Below are positions 46,709 through 56,188 of a DNA stretch of 64,000 bases, piece after piece. The stretch is from Candidatus Binatia bacterium (lineage in GTDB: Bacteria; Desulfobacterota; Binatia; Bin18): the NCBI GenBank assembly GCA_963664395.2, contig OY761159.2, positions 288,001 through 352,000 of the forward strand, read 5' to 3'. A model generated the notes under the pieces. That model did no database searches. It saw only the letters and a program-made list of their open reading frames with translations, and had not been told where the DNA came from. Positions within the stretch are counted from its first letter, which is position 1; each line of letters opens with the position of its first letter. The translations under genes and the position numbers were made by a program.

Positions 46709-47449
46709 TTATTCCTCTCCTGTTGCTTCCTTGAGGGCCTTCCGGGCCGTTCGTGTCACAATAGTCGTCACCACGATAGTGGCGACCAGACCCAGGAGTA
46801 AGACCACGTAGTCAGCAACCCCTCGTTCCGGCGCGGCCCCTCCAGCCAAAGCTGCCACATCTCCGGCCAGCTTGCCGTAATAGACATACAGAACCGTCCC
46901 CGGCAGCATCCCAAATGCGGCGAGGGCATAGTCCACAAAGCGCACATTGGTCAGACCCAAAGCGTAGTTCAGAAGGTTAAACGGGAAAACCGGAGACAGC
47001 CGCAACAAAAAAACGATTTTTCGGCCCTGAGCACTCACCGCCCGATCAATAGCAGCAAATCGGGGGTTATCGGCCAGCTTCCGTTCGATAGCCTTCCGGG
47101 CAAGATGACGCGAAACAAGAAACGCGAGGCACGAGCCCAGGGTAGCGGCAATAAAGACGTACAGAATACCGTTCAGGAGTCCAAAGATGGCACCCGCGGC
47201 AAGGGTAAGGACAGAGCCAGGGATAAAAGCTACGGCCGCAATGGCATAGCCGGCAATGAAGACAATCGGCCCCCACACCCCAAGTGTCTCCACCCAGGCG
47301 GCAAATGGCGGAACATACGCACCAGCCTGACGGCCTAAAAAGATGAGCAGGACGACACCAACAATAATAAGCGCAATTTTGCCCAAAGGGCGTCTTTTTC
47401 TCGCTGCTTGAGCAGTGGCAGCTCCTCCGTCCATTTGTACTTTTTCCAT
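46709..47449 (-). CDS. TVP38/TMEM64 (DedA-like) membrane protein
   Basis: PGSVLTLAAGAIFG, LLRLSPVFPFNLLNYALGLT. Confidence 0.9.
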   Translation of the reverse strand: MEKVQMDGGAATAQAARKRRPLGKIALIIVGVVLLIFLGRQAGAYVPPFAAWVETLGVWGPIVFIAGYAIAAVAFIPGSVLTLAAGAIFGLLNGILYVFIAATLGSCLAFLVSRHLARKAIERKLADNPRFAAIDRAVSAQGRKIVFLLRLSPVFPFNLLNYALGLTNVRFVDYALAAFGMLPGTVLYVYYGKLAGDVAALAGGAAPERGVADYVVLLLGLVATIVVTTIVTRTARKALKEATGEE

Positions 47450-47504
47450 GCGCAGGCTCCCTTCCGAGAGTATCAACCGCCGGGCTTCACCCAGGCGTTT
47501 CGAA

Positions 47505-48362
47505 CTATAACGCAGGCTGCCCAGACTGGGCAGCCTGCACAAACTTGGCAAGGCCGGCTTGCCAGGGAGGGAGTTGTATACATGGCTCTTGGAGCGTTGT
47601 CAGGACAGCATAAGGAGGGCACTTTGCCAGGCGAGGCATCTCTGTACTTGGAATGGGTTTCACCTGAGAACGAACGCCGAGTCGGGCATATAAAGTCCGG
47701 ATTAAGTCAAAGCGGCTTATGCCACCCCGACCGGCCATGTGGTACGTCCCAAAGGCTTCAGTCGTAACAAGCTGCGTTAAGGCTGTGGCTAAATGAGGTG
47801 CATATGTCGGGGAACCCAATTGATCGTTCACAACCCGGACTTCAGGTTGCTGTGAGAGTGCCCACATGGTTTTTATAAAATTGTTTCCGTGGGTGTGATA
47901 GAGCCAGGACGTGCGAACAATATAGTGTTTTGCATTTAAGCTCCGAACCACATCTTCTCCCGCAAGCTTGCTTCGTCCATAGACAGACTGTGGGTTCGGC
48001 ACATCAAATTCGTGATACGGCCTGTGACTCAGTCCATCGAAAACATAATCGGTGGAAATATGCAGGAGTGGAATACCACGTGTTGCGGTCACCAGGGCAA
48101 GGTTGCGCGGACCGAGGGTGTTTCCTCGATACGCAGCGTCAGGGTCTCGCTCCGCTTGGTCCACGGCATTATACGCGGCGGCGTTGAGTACCAGGTCGGG
48201 GGTATGCGTTGCGACCGCCTCACGGACCGCCTCAAGTTGCGTGATATCGAGCCGCCGCCGGTCATAAGCGACAGTCTCGTGGGCGACAGTCTCGGGACTG
48301 CTGAAGATTCCCTGAATGGCGTGGCCCAGCTGACCACCTGCACCAGTGAGAAGGATGCGCAT
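47505..48362 (-). CDS. rmlD: dTDP-4-dehydrorhamnose reductase
   Basis: TGAGGQLG, NAAAYNAVD.AE, ISTDYVFDG, YGRSKLAGE, DQLGSPT. Confidence 0.92.
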   Translation of the reverse strand: MRILLTGAGGQLGHAIQGIFSSPETVAHETVAYDRRRLDITQLEAVREAVATHTPDLVLNAAAYNAVDQAERDPDAAYRGNTLGPRNLALVTATRGIPLLHISTDYVFDGLSHRPYHEFDVPNPQSVYGRSKLAGEDVVRSLNAKHYIVRTSWLYHTHGNNFIKTMWALSQQPEVRVVNDQLGSPTYAPHLATALTQLVTTEAFGTYHMAGRGGISRFDLIRTLYARLGVRSQVKPIPSTEMPRLAKCPPYAVLTTLQEPCIQLPPWQAGLAKFVQAAQSGQPAL

Positions 48363-48544
48363 ACCGTCCTCTTTCACCTCGCTCACGCGTTGTACACATG
48401 TCCGCTCCACTTGACCACCCCTCGCATACACACGAGAAAAACGACCGGAAGCGAGTCAGAAGTCAATATTGCCATCATACTAACAAAAAAGGGCGTGTCC
48501 TGTGGCACGCCCGACAAAAAAGAAGCTACTTCCGAAAAGTGGGT

Positions 48545-49087
48545 TTAGTCTTTGAATTCCGGCAGGATTTTGGTCCCAAAGATTTCGAGCTGACGCTTGG
48601 TCTCTTCCCACGGCATCATCCCTTGATCAAAGAACTAGCAAAACCACTCAATATTGGTATTCTTCCGGAGTGCTTCCATTTCACGTTTGACATCATCGAC
48701 TGTCCCAACCAGAGAATACTTCGCCTCGACCATACGCTCAAACTTCCAAGGGACAGGTGTGGTTTCGCCAGGGTAGCGGTAGGCTTCAAAGAATCCGAAC
48801 CCGGCGAAGTATTGTATGAATCCGGCCCCCTGCGTTTCTGCTCCCAGAGAATAGCCTTCGGTATACAGCAGCAGCGGCGCAATGGACGCCTCATAGCCCT
48901 CGGAATGAAAATGGTGCTCGGTGGTTGACATGGCATCAAAGCCCAGCTCTTCAGCCAGTTGGGCAATCTCGCGCAATTCCGTGAGCATTGCTTGATATTT
49001 GTCGTTGTTGCGTCCGATGGGTCGGAGTTTCTCGCGCTCCTCGAACGTCGCAGGAATTGTCGGTAAGACAAAGAGATTGAATTTCAT
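48545..49087 (-). pseudogene. LLM oxidoreductase pseudogene (large internal deletion and premature stop)
   Basis: The N-terminal TEHHFHSEG segment is joined directly to the C-terminal VGTVDDVKRE segment. A TAG at 48635-48637 precedes FFDQG...FGTKILPEFKD*. Confidence 0.8.
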
Positions 49088-49160
49088 GAGGCTCCCTCCT
49101 GACCTCAAAGGATTACCGCGGATTGGCGTTGCAGTCCGGCTCCGACGTGCTCTCCCGGCT

Positions 49161-50003
49161 CTAGCTCGCTTGGAGAATCTTGGCCAGCACCGGCATCAGA
49201 TATTTCTTGAACGTGACCGGATTCTCACACATGGGGAAATGGCCGATTTCTTCCATAATGATACATTCGGAGTTCTTGACCTTTTTGGCCGTTTTTTCCG
49301 TCATCTCTGGCGTACAGGCAAAGTCATACACGCCCGTCATGAAGTAGATGGGGATATCGCCGGACAGTTGTTCCGCCATTTCACGGAAATCATGATCAAT
49401 GCTGTAGAAGTGTAAGTCGCCCTTAAAGATTCCCGGACCACTTTGTGAATAATACCACCAGGTCTCTCGGCGATACTCTTCCGGGCTCTGCGGCGCCATC
49501 AGGCCATATATCGAGGTCGCGCACACTTCGCCGCCGTGCACATGCGGATTCCAGAGCCAGTCCAGCCACCAGCCCGGCGAGTAGTCACAGGCTTCAATAG
49601 CAATCAGGGCGCGGAGGTCAGCCGAGAAGTTGCGCGCGAGGTGCAGGCAGATATTCCCGCCCATCGAGCTACCCATGATGACAGGATTGTCGAGTTCGAG
49701 CTCTTTACAGAAGGACATCAGGAATTCCGAGTAAAACTGAGCCGTCAGTTTATACTCCTCTTTCCACCAGCCTGGGGGCGGAATTGATTTTCCGTGTCGA
49801 GGCAGGTCCAGCGCAATGACCCGAAAGTCGCTGTTGATATCAGCATCACACAATTGGTGACGCCACTCGCGCGTATCCGTTCCCGCCGTGTGGAGACACA
49901 CCAGGGGCACCCCCTGTCCGGCTTCCTCATAAAACACACGATATTCTTCTCCCTCGTAAGGGACCCGCACATAGCGCCCGGTAATTGGTTCAATATTCGC
50001 CAT
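49161..50003 (-). CDS. Alpha/beta hydrolase
   Basis: CLHTAG, DLPRHGKS, GSSMGG, GHFPMCENP. Confidence 0.85.
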   Translation of the reverse strand: MANIEPITGRYVRVPYEGEEYRVFYEEAGQGVPLVCLHTAGTDTREWRHQLCDADINSDFRVIALDLPRHGKSIPPPGWWKEEYKLTAQFYSEFLMSFCKELELDNPVIMGSSMGGNICLHLARNFSADLRALIAIEACDYSPGWWLDWLWNPHVHGGEVCATSIYGLMAPQSPEEYRRETWWYYSQSGPGIFKGDLHFYSIDHDFREMAEQLSGDIPIYFMTGVYDFACTPEMTEKTAKKVKNSECIIMEEIGHFPMCENPVTFKKYLMPVLAKILQAS

Positions 50004-50023
50004 GATCTCGTCCTCCCTACTCT

Positions 50024-50413
50024 TTACTCTTCCACCTTACGCATGAGGTCAAGGGTCCAGGTAAATGCCCGGAGGTTCTGCCACATGACTTTGACATCGC
50101 CCTCGATTTGCAAGCGGCCGTGGAGCGGATGGGCCATCGCCCAGATGTCATTATACATAGGCGGGGGGATGGGCTGGACAAATTTCGCCCAGGTTTCCGC
50201 GGGGCCGCGCAAGGCAAACGCGTAGGTCGATTCGGGTCCTATATCGTGTGAGACTGTCGGTATCGTCCCGTTCAGAAACGACACGACATAGGCAGTATCA
50301 CCGAAGGCGAGCAAGACATCCGTGGTCAAATGTCTGCCGATGATCTTTGTCACACTGTCTTGATTGACCAGGTCTTGCCAGCGTCCCATCCAGCCAGTAT
50401 CGAACACAGCCAT
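50024..50413 (-). CDS. SCP2-like small hypothetical protein
   Basis: AAGGAGG SD, W.KF..P.PPP.YNDI...LQIEGD..MWQNL, adjacent to the hydrolase. Confidence 0.6.
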   Translation of the reverse strand: MAVFDTGWMGRWQDLVNQDSVTKIIGRHLTTDVLLAFGDTAYVVSFLNGTIPTVSHDIGPESTYAFALRGPAETWAKFVQPIPPPMYNDIWAMAHPLHGRLQIEGDVKVMWQNLRAFTWTLDLMRKVEE

Positions 50414-50515
50414 ATGTTTCCTCCTTCATGGATTCTGATGAAGCAGTGCAGGACGGCTTCTTATCAAGCACCCGGCCAAGCGTAAAGGGCGGAAAGCCGC
50501 TACACACTACAACTT

Positions 50516-51757
50516 TTACCGCAACAGACGGTCGCTGATGAGAACCACGGCTTCCGCGGAGGCGTGGCGAACGGTTTCCTCCTCTTCAGACAGCAGCTCC
50601 AGGAGTTGGGGTAAGCTCTCCGCTCCCCCGATGCGCCCAATTGTCCATAAGCCCTGCGCCTTTGCATACCGGTCTCGCTCTCGCCCGACTGCCGCACTCA
50701 CCTCGGCCGCAGCGCTCAGATCACGATTCTGGCCAACCACTTGATAGGCATTGGAACGCACCAAGGGGTCCTGCGAACGCAAAGCGCCGACGACCAGGGG
50801 CCGGGCCGTTTCATAGTCCATACGGGTAAACGAAATGGCTGCCGCCAGACGAATGCGGAAATCCATATGCTCCAAAGCCTTCTGGACGAGGGGCAGGCCG
50901 CTCGCATCTTTGAAGTGGGTGAGGGAGGCCGCCGCCGTAGTGCGGACCATTTCGGACGAGTCCGATTGAAGAGCCGTCCGCAACAACGCGACGGCGCTGG
51001 GGTCGTTGAGCGATCCCAGTAATCCAACCGCGGCATCACGGAGTTGCTCGCTCGAATCACTCAATTTGGCCGTGAGATAGGCAATTCCAGTTGCATCCCC
51101 CGTCGCAGCCAGCGACCACGCCAATGTGACGGCAACAATAGGATCCTTTTCCGTCTTCAGTAAGGTTTGCAAAACTGAAACGGCAGCCGCGGAGCGTAAT
51201 TCTCCCAGGCCGCCGGCCCCCTGGGTCCGAATACGAGTGTCTGAACTACTGACCGCGTCCAGGTAGAGCAAAAGCGCGGTGCGGTCCCGCGTCCGTCGTA
51301 ACCCGGACAGGGCGAGGCGCTTGCCTTCCGAGTCCTTATGGTACAAGCGCCGCAGCAGCCCCACCGCATCAGGCGTTGCCATATCGCCCAGGGCATCCAC
51401 CGCGGTACGGCGCAGCATCGGCTTATTCGACTGCAAGGCTTCGTCAAGCACGAGTAGTCCGGCCGGGTCGCCGCGCCGCCCCAGTATGCCGGCAACTACA
51501 TTCCGCTCATGCGGGTCGCCCAACCGCAGCCCCAGTCGTAAGACCTCAATCGCAAGCTGCTGGAGCATGACAAGACCGTGTTTTGATGCAGGGTCCTGCG
51601 TGGCCTTATATGTCGCAACAGCCCCGAGCAAATCGCCTTGTCTGGCGTGATCCACTGCCGATTCTTCCTCGGCAGCCGTGGCAAAGGGCATCCCACTGAA
51701 GAGCAGCATGAGGGGCAGGAGAATGCGGAGATTACAGGAATAGTGTCGTTTCTTCAT
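50516..51757 (-). CDS. Exported HEAT-repeat protein
   Basis: Signal peptide and repeated units such as VRTTAAASL / LRDAAVGLLG. Confidence 0.85.
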   Translation of the reverse strand: MKKRHYSCNLRILLPLMLLFSGMPFATAAEEESAVDHARQGDLLGAVATYKATQDPASKHGLVMLQQLAIEVLRLGLRLGDPHERNVVAGILGRRGDPAGLLVLDEALQSNKPMLRRTAVDALGDMATPDAVGLLRRLYHKDSEGKRLALSGLRRTRDRTALLLYLDAVSSSDTRIRTQGAGGLGELRSAAAVSVLQTLLKTEKDPIVAVTLAWSLAATGDATGIAYLTAKLSDSSEQLRDAAVGLLGSLNDPSAVALLRTALQSDSSEMVRTTAAASLTHFKDASGLPLVQKALEHMDFRIRLAAAISFTRMDYETARPLVVGALRSQDPLVRSNAYQVVGQNRDLSAAAEVSAAVGRERDRYAKAQGLWTIGRIGGAESLPQLLELLSEEEETVRHASAEAVVLISDRLLR

Positions 51758-51832
51758 AGTCACTCCTTTCGTCTGGTACATGAAACAGGGCGTCCTTGTC
51801 ACCCCTGCATGAGAGAGCACTATACTCTTCAG

Positions 51833-52267
51833 CTATGTTATGTGGCCTATCTGTCGTAATACCGTGGCATGATCCCAGTAAACGCGCTCGGCGGACATCT
51901 TGCCATCCCGAAACTCAATGACAATGACTAATTCCGCACTGATGCTCTTGCCCGTTGGAGGAACTCCAGGCAGGAACCAGTCCATCTGTTTTGAGTGGAC
52001 CATACGGATTGTCGCCTCCTCGACAATGCAATCGTCAGTCACCACCCGGTTTGTCATCGTATGTTCCCACTCATCAGGGATCGAAGGGATAAACATATCC
52101 CGATAATAGGCGCGGAGTTCAGCCTTGCCCTTTCCTCCCGAGCGTGTCGGCATATGCATCACCGACGCGTCTTCCACCATAGTCGAAAGTGAAAGCTCTT
52201 CATCTTTTTCGACAAACTCGCCCGTCACGTGCTCTTCCCAGAGTTTTACCATATCTTCAGCAGCCAT
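51833..52267 (-). CDS. SnoaL-like ester cyclase
   Basis: WEEHV..EF, WFLPGVPPTGK, ERVYWDHATVLRQIG. Confidence 0.85.
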   Translation of the reverse strand: MAAEDMVKLWEEHVTGEFVEKDEELSLSTMVEDASVMHMPTRSGGKGKAELRAYYRDMFIPSIPDEWEHTMTNRVVTDDCIVEEATIRMVHSKQMDWFLPGVPPTGKSISAELVIVIEFRDGKMSAERVYWDHATVLRQIGHIT

Positions 52268-52316
52268 CTCATCGTCTCCTTTTTTCCGGCTCTCCCGGCT
52301 CTCAATAGAGTGGCTG

Positions 52317-53363
52317 TCACCCCACTGACGGGATGACTTCTTTGGCAAATCGTTCAAGCGTCGTGCGCGCCGCGGCTTCATTCTGGGTCGTCACAAAAAT
52401 AGCAATATCGGTCAGGCCGGCGGCTTTGAGTTCACGCGCTTTGTCAATACAGTCCTGCGGTGTCCCGGCAATGGTACACTTCCGGGCAACGATATCAGGA
52501 ATCAGTTCACGATGTTTGGCCGTGAGGTCGAGATGTTCATAAAAGCGATACTGTTCGGTCACCGCTTTCACGACAGCGGCATGCTCAATGCCAAGCGTTT
52601 CCGGGAGCCAGAGTTTGTTGGCAATATTGCGCGCGGCAGTCGGACGCACTTGATCCAGCGCCGCGCTCCGGTCATCGTCAATGGCAGCATCAATCGCCGC
52701 AATAAAACGGAGCTGCGCAGGGTCCTTGCCCGCTTTTCGGGCGCCTTCACTCGCCGCCTCGACCGCAGCCCGCGCGCCCTCTCCATTGCCGCCCATATGG
52801 CCGTCAACAATGACGCCATCGCCTATTTCACCGGCCAGCGCCGCCGCTTTTGGACTCATGACCGCAATCTCAATGGGCACATTCCCCCACTCTTCAGCCC
52901 CAGCCACTCTCAGACGCAATTCCTGCCCCCACGTTTTCTTTTTCCCAGAGTCGGACAAAGCGGGAGCTTCAACCTCTTGTCCGGACAACAGATTGCGAAT
53001 GAATACAACATCTCGACGCAGTTGATCTCGCTTAACCGGGGATAAGCCCGCGGTTCTCACGGCAGAGTCACCTGCGCCGATACCGAGCACGGCGCGGCCC
53101 TGACTGAGCATATTGAGCGAGACCATGGCATTGGCCGTCACGGTTGGATGGCGGGTGACGAGATTCGTCACGCCGGGACCAAGTTTCACGCGCCGCGTCG
53201 CTTGGGCGCAGCAGGCCAGACACACATAGACATCGTTCCACAGCATCTGCGAGTCACCGACATACACAGTCTCAAAGCCGTGGGCTTCGGCGCACTGTGT
53301 GAGGCGAACAACCGGTTCCATCGTTTGGCCCGAATAGGGCCAGATCATGACACTAAATCGCAT
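52317..53363 (-). CDS. LLM class (Mer-like) F420-type oxidoreductase
   Basis: AEAHGF..YVGDSQ, GVTNLVTRHPTVTA..LSQGRAVLGIGAGDS. Confidence 0.9.
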   Translation of the reverse strand: MRFSVMIWPYSGQTMEPVVRLTQCAEAHGFETVYVGDSQMLWNDVYVCLACCAQATRRVKLGPGVTNLVTRHPTVTANAMVSLNMLSQGRAVLGIGAGDSAVRTAGLSPVKRDQLRRDVVFIRNLLSGQEVEAPALSDSGKKKTWGQELRLRVAGAEEWGNVPIEIAVMSPKAAALAGEIGDGVIVDGHMGGNGEGARAAVEAASEGARKAGKDPAQLRFIAAIDAAIDDDRSAALDQVRPTAARNIANKLWLPETLGIEHAAVVKAVTEQYRFYEHLDLTAKHRELIPDIVARKCTIAGTPQDCIDKARELKAAGLTDIAIFVTTQNEAAARTTLERFAKEVIPSVG

Positions 53364-53407
53364 TGCTCCCCTCTCTGATATGCTGACGGGTTTGAATGAG
53401 CATGAAT

Positions 53408-53629
53408 TTATGCACCCGCGAGAAATTCATCGACAGTAAGACCGGCAGCGCGAATGAGGCTTCTCAGAGTTCCTTTGGCGACTTCCTTATGATTAGGCAC
53501 GGAGAGCGTAGCCATTTCCCCCTCCTTGACCATGACAATGTGACTCCCCCTCTGACGTGCTACACTCCAGCCGAAACTCTCGAAGATTCGGACAACTTCC
53601 TTCCCGCTCAGAGAGCGTAGCACCGGCAT
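53408..53629 (-). CDS. hicA: HicA toxin
   Basis: GWSVARQRGSH...VPNHKEVAKGTLRSLIR.AGL. Confidence 0.92.
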   Translation of the reverse strand: MPVLRSLSGKEVVRIFESFGWSVARQRGSHIVMVKEGEMATLSVPNHKEVAKGTLRSLIRAAGLTVDEFLAGA

Positions 53630-53835
53630 TACACCGCGACCTCTACTTGCTGCATCTCTATGGTCAGCGGGAGCCCTTTTTCCGCCCGCACCTCAAGGCA
53701 AAGGGCAATAGCTTCCTTGACATTGTCCAACGCCTCGCCTTTCGTCTTTCCTTGACTGACACAACCCGGAATGGCAGGGCATTCAACAATCCATACCCCG
53801 TCTTCGTCTCGATCAACCGTCACGTTAAATTTCAT
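53629..53835 (-). CDS. hicB: Short HicB antitoxin
   Basis: DEDGVWIVECPAIPGCVSQG.T..EALDNVKEAI. Confidence 0.92.
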   Translation of the reverse strand: MKFNVTVDRDEDGVWIVECPAIPGCVSQGKTKGEALDNVKEAIALCLEVRAEKGLPLTIEMQQVEVAV

Positions 53836-53894
53836 TTTTCTTAGTCCTCCGGCGCCATTCATATCAAACTATTTTTGCTAGTAGGTCTTGAGAA

Positions 53895-54387
53895 TTACTT
53901 GAGAAAGTCCGCACAGAATTTTTGTACAAATAGCAACATTTGCTGAACTTGGTCAGAGTCATACCTATCAAAATGTCCGTGCGCCGCGTCATTCCGAAGA
54001 TTCGCCCAGGATGTAATTTGCTTCTGAACCAAAGCGTTATACACACCCTTCTTGGCAAGCGAGATGTTCAGCGGGTCAAGAGTAAGAGGCATTCACTTAG
54101 AGTTCAGGATGTCTACTCCGTTTGCATCGGCGATCTTTCGCAAAGAGTCTTCGAGAACGGCTCCGAGCAATACCGCAGCAGCGTCTTTGTAATTTTCCTT
54201 ATATTTGAAGATGATAGCTATCTGAACCGTATAACCGTGTAATCAACTGCCCTCCACGTGCGGTGATTGACGTAAGTTCCTGAACGCGCTTATGACTCAG
54301 GTGATATTGGGAAACAGAAGCATCGGCCACTAGCTTCTCACCCGTGGCAATAATTTCCTCAATTTCTTGTGTTATCAGTTTATCCAT
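53895..54387 (-). pseudogene. DUF4145/HEPN-like pseudogene
   Basis: Pieces MDKLIT...; YKDAAAVLLGAVLEDSLRK...NSK*; ...QITSWANLRNDAAHG. Shows an internal deletion/frameshift and a nonsense codon. Confidence 0.75.
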
Positions 54388-54402
54388 AACTCCAGCCGGG
54401 AT

Positions 54403-54434
54403 GTCAGGTTACGCCTTCGGCTAACCCGACCTAC
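54403..54434 (-). repeat. GTAG-type REP element overlapping the hydantoinase B stop codon
   Basis: Minus strand GTAG-GTCGGGTTA-GCCGAAGGCG-TAACCTGAC, same family as 3732 and 8730. Confidence 0.8.
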
Positions 54435-56188
54435 TGACTACCACTGCGTAGCCGTGCGGTTGCCGCTTCGTCAACAACAAATGTGGTGGGATTCACCACC
54501 ACCCCGTAGTCTCGCCGTGCGCTTTCAATCGAGACCAATCCGTCCCTCACGTCTTGTACCACCTTTTCGACAGCGCGCTCTTTGGGATTGCCAAATCCGC
54601 CGCCGCCACTTGAGAGCAGTTCAACTACATCTCCTTTGGACAGGCTACTCATGGAATTGACCGTGACCTCTTCCGTGCGACCGTCTGCATGCTGAATCAT
54701 TTGCCGATTGGGTTGTGCGCCTTGGCCTCCGTGCAAGCCAAAAGGCGCGGTATCGAACTGAGTTCCACTGCCGAAGTTTGCACACGCAATATTGTCGGCT
54801 TCGACCCGCCAGCGATACGTGACCCCCAGGCCGCCCCGCCATTTCCCGGCTCCGGCGCTATCCTGACGATACTCAAACTGTTCAATGAAATACGGATTCA
54901 CGAGTTCATGCAGTTCAGGGTCCGGCGAGCGCAGCCCGCCGAGGCAAATCACCGTGCCGATATGGTCCCAACCATCAAAGCCGGCGGTGGCTCCGCCGCC
55001 CCCTTTACTCAAGAAATGAATCTCCCCAAACGGCCGGCCGGTGCGCGGATTCATGCCCGTGGTGGCCGGCGCACACCAACGTCCCCAGGCGGCCTGAACG
55101 CGCTCGGGTACAGCCTGCGACAGCGCCAGCCAGCTGGCCTCGGTAATCGCTTCGGCAGTTAACACGGTACAGGCCGTACTTGGCGCGGGCTCGACCGGGT
55201 TTACAAGACTGCCACTCGGCGCGACGATTGAAACCGGACGCATGGCCCCTTCGTTATGCGGCAGGTCGGGATTGACCACCGTAAAAAGCGCGAGGTAGGT
55301 CGCGGAGGCGGTATTCGCAAACGGACTGTTCACATAGCCGGGGACTTGACCGTCAGACGCTGCATAGTCAAAAACAACCGACTCATCCTGCACTTCAATT
55401 TTCACCCGGATGGTCACCGGCCGGTCGTGTACAATCCCGTCGTTGTCTATCTGTCGCTCGGCCCGATAGGTGCCATTCGGGATGGTACGAATTTCCTCGC
55501 GCATTTGTTTTTCTGAGGCATTCAGGAGGTGCTCAATAACATGCTCGACCGCCGCGACACCATGTTTCTTCACCAGCGCAGTGATATTTCGTTCGCCCAG
55601 GTTGGCCGCCCCAACCAGACACTGCAGGTCGCCTTCTACCAAGAACCGAAGACGCACGTTGGACACAATCATCTCCCATAAGCCGCGATTGACCTTCCCT
55701 TGGTCATAGAGTTTGGCCGGTGGAATCCGAAGCCCCTCATCCCACACATCGCGTGCTTCCGGGTGATAGCCGGCTGCGCCTCCGCCGCCGGTATCCGCTT
55801 GGTGTCCTTTGGTGACCGACCAAAAGCGCAGTTCACCATCGATATGGACAGGCTTGGCAATCGTAAAATCAGGCAGATGATTATTCCCACGATACGGGTC
55901 ATTGAGAATAAAGATGTCGCCTGCGTGCGTGTCGTCAGCATAGGTCTCGGCAATCGAACGGACTGCCCACGGCGTGGCGGCAAGGAGGACCGGGATATAC
56001 GCCGTCTGGGCGACCAAACGGAGTTGACGGTCATATATTGCCGTCACAAAATCGCGCGCTTCACTGAAAATGGGCGAGCGTGACGTGCGCAGCATGGTCT
56101 GGCCCATTTCTTTGGTAATCGAGTCCAAGCGATTCGCGATCACCGATGTGAGGATGGGATCAATACGGTCTGTTTGCACATCAGGCAT
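54431..56188 (-). CDS. Hydantoinase B/oxoprolinase family protein
   Basis: RTSRSPIFSEARDF, NDPYRGNNHLPD, GAGKWRGG, GGGGFGNPKER. Confidence 0.92.
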   Translation of the reverse strand: MPDVQTDRIDPILTSVIANRLDSITKEMGQTMLRTSRSPIFSEARDFVTAIYDRQLRLVAQTAYIPVLLAATPWAVRSIAETYADDTHAGDIFILNDPYRGNNHLPDFTIAKPVHIDGELRFWSVTKGHQADTGGGGAAGYHPEARDVWDEGLRIPPAKLYDQGKVNRGLWEMIVSNVRLRFLVEGDLQCLVGAANLGERNITALVKKHGVAAVEHVIEHLLNASEKQMREEIRTIPNGTYRAERQIDNDGIVHDRPVTIRVKIEVQDESVVFDYAASDGQVPGYVNSPFANTASATYLALFTVVNPDLPHNEGAMRPVSIVAPSGSLVNPVEPAPSTACTVLTAEAITEASWLALSQAVPERVQAAWGRWCAPATTGMNPRTGRPFGEIHFLSKGGGGATAGFDGWDHIGTVICLGGLRSPDPELHELVNPYFIEQFEYRQDSAGAGKWRGGLGVTYRWRVEADNIACANFGSGTQFDTAPFGLHGGQGAQPNRQMIQHADGRTEEVTVNSMSSLSKGDVVELLSSGGGGFGNPKERAVEKVVQDVRDGLVSIESARRDYGVVVNPTTFVVDEAATARLRSGSQ

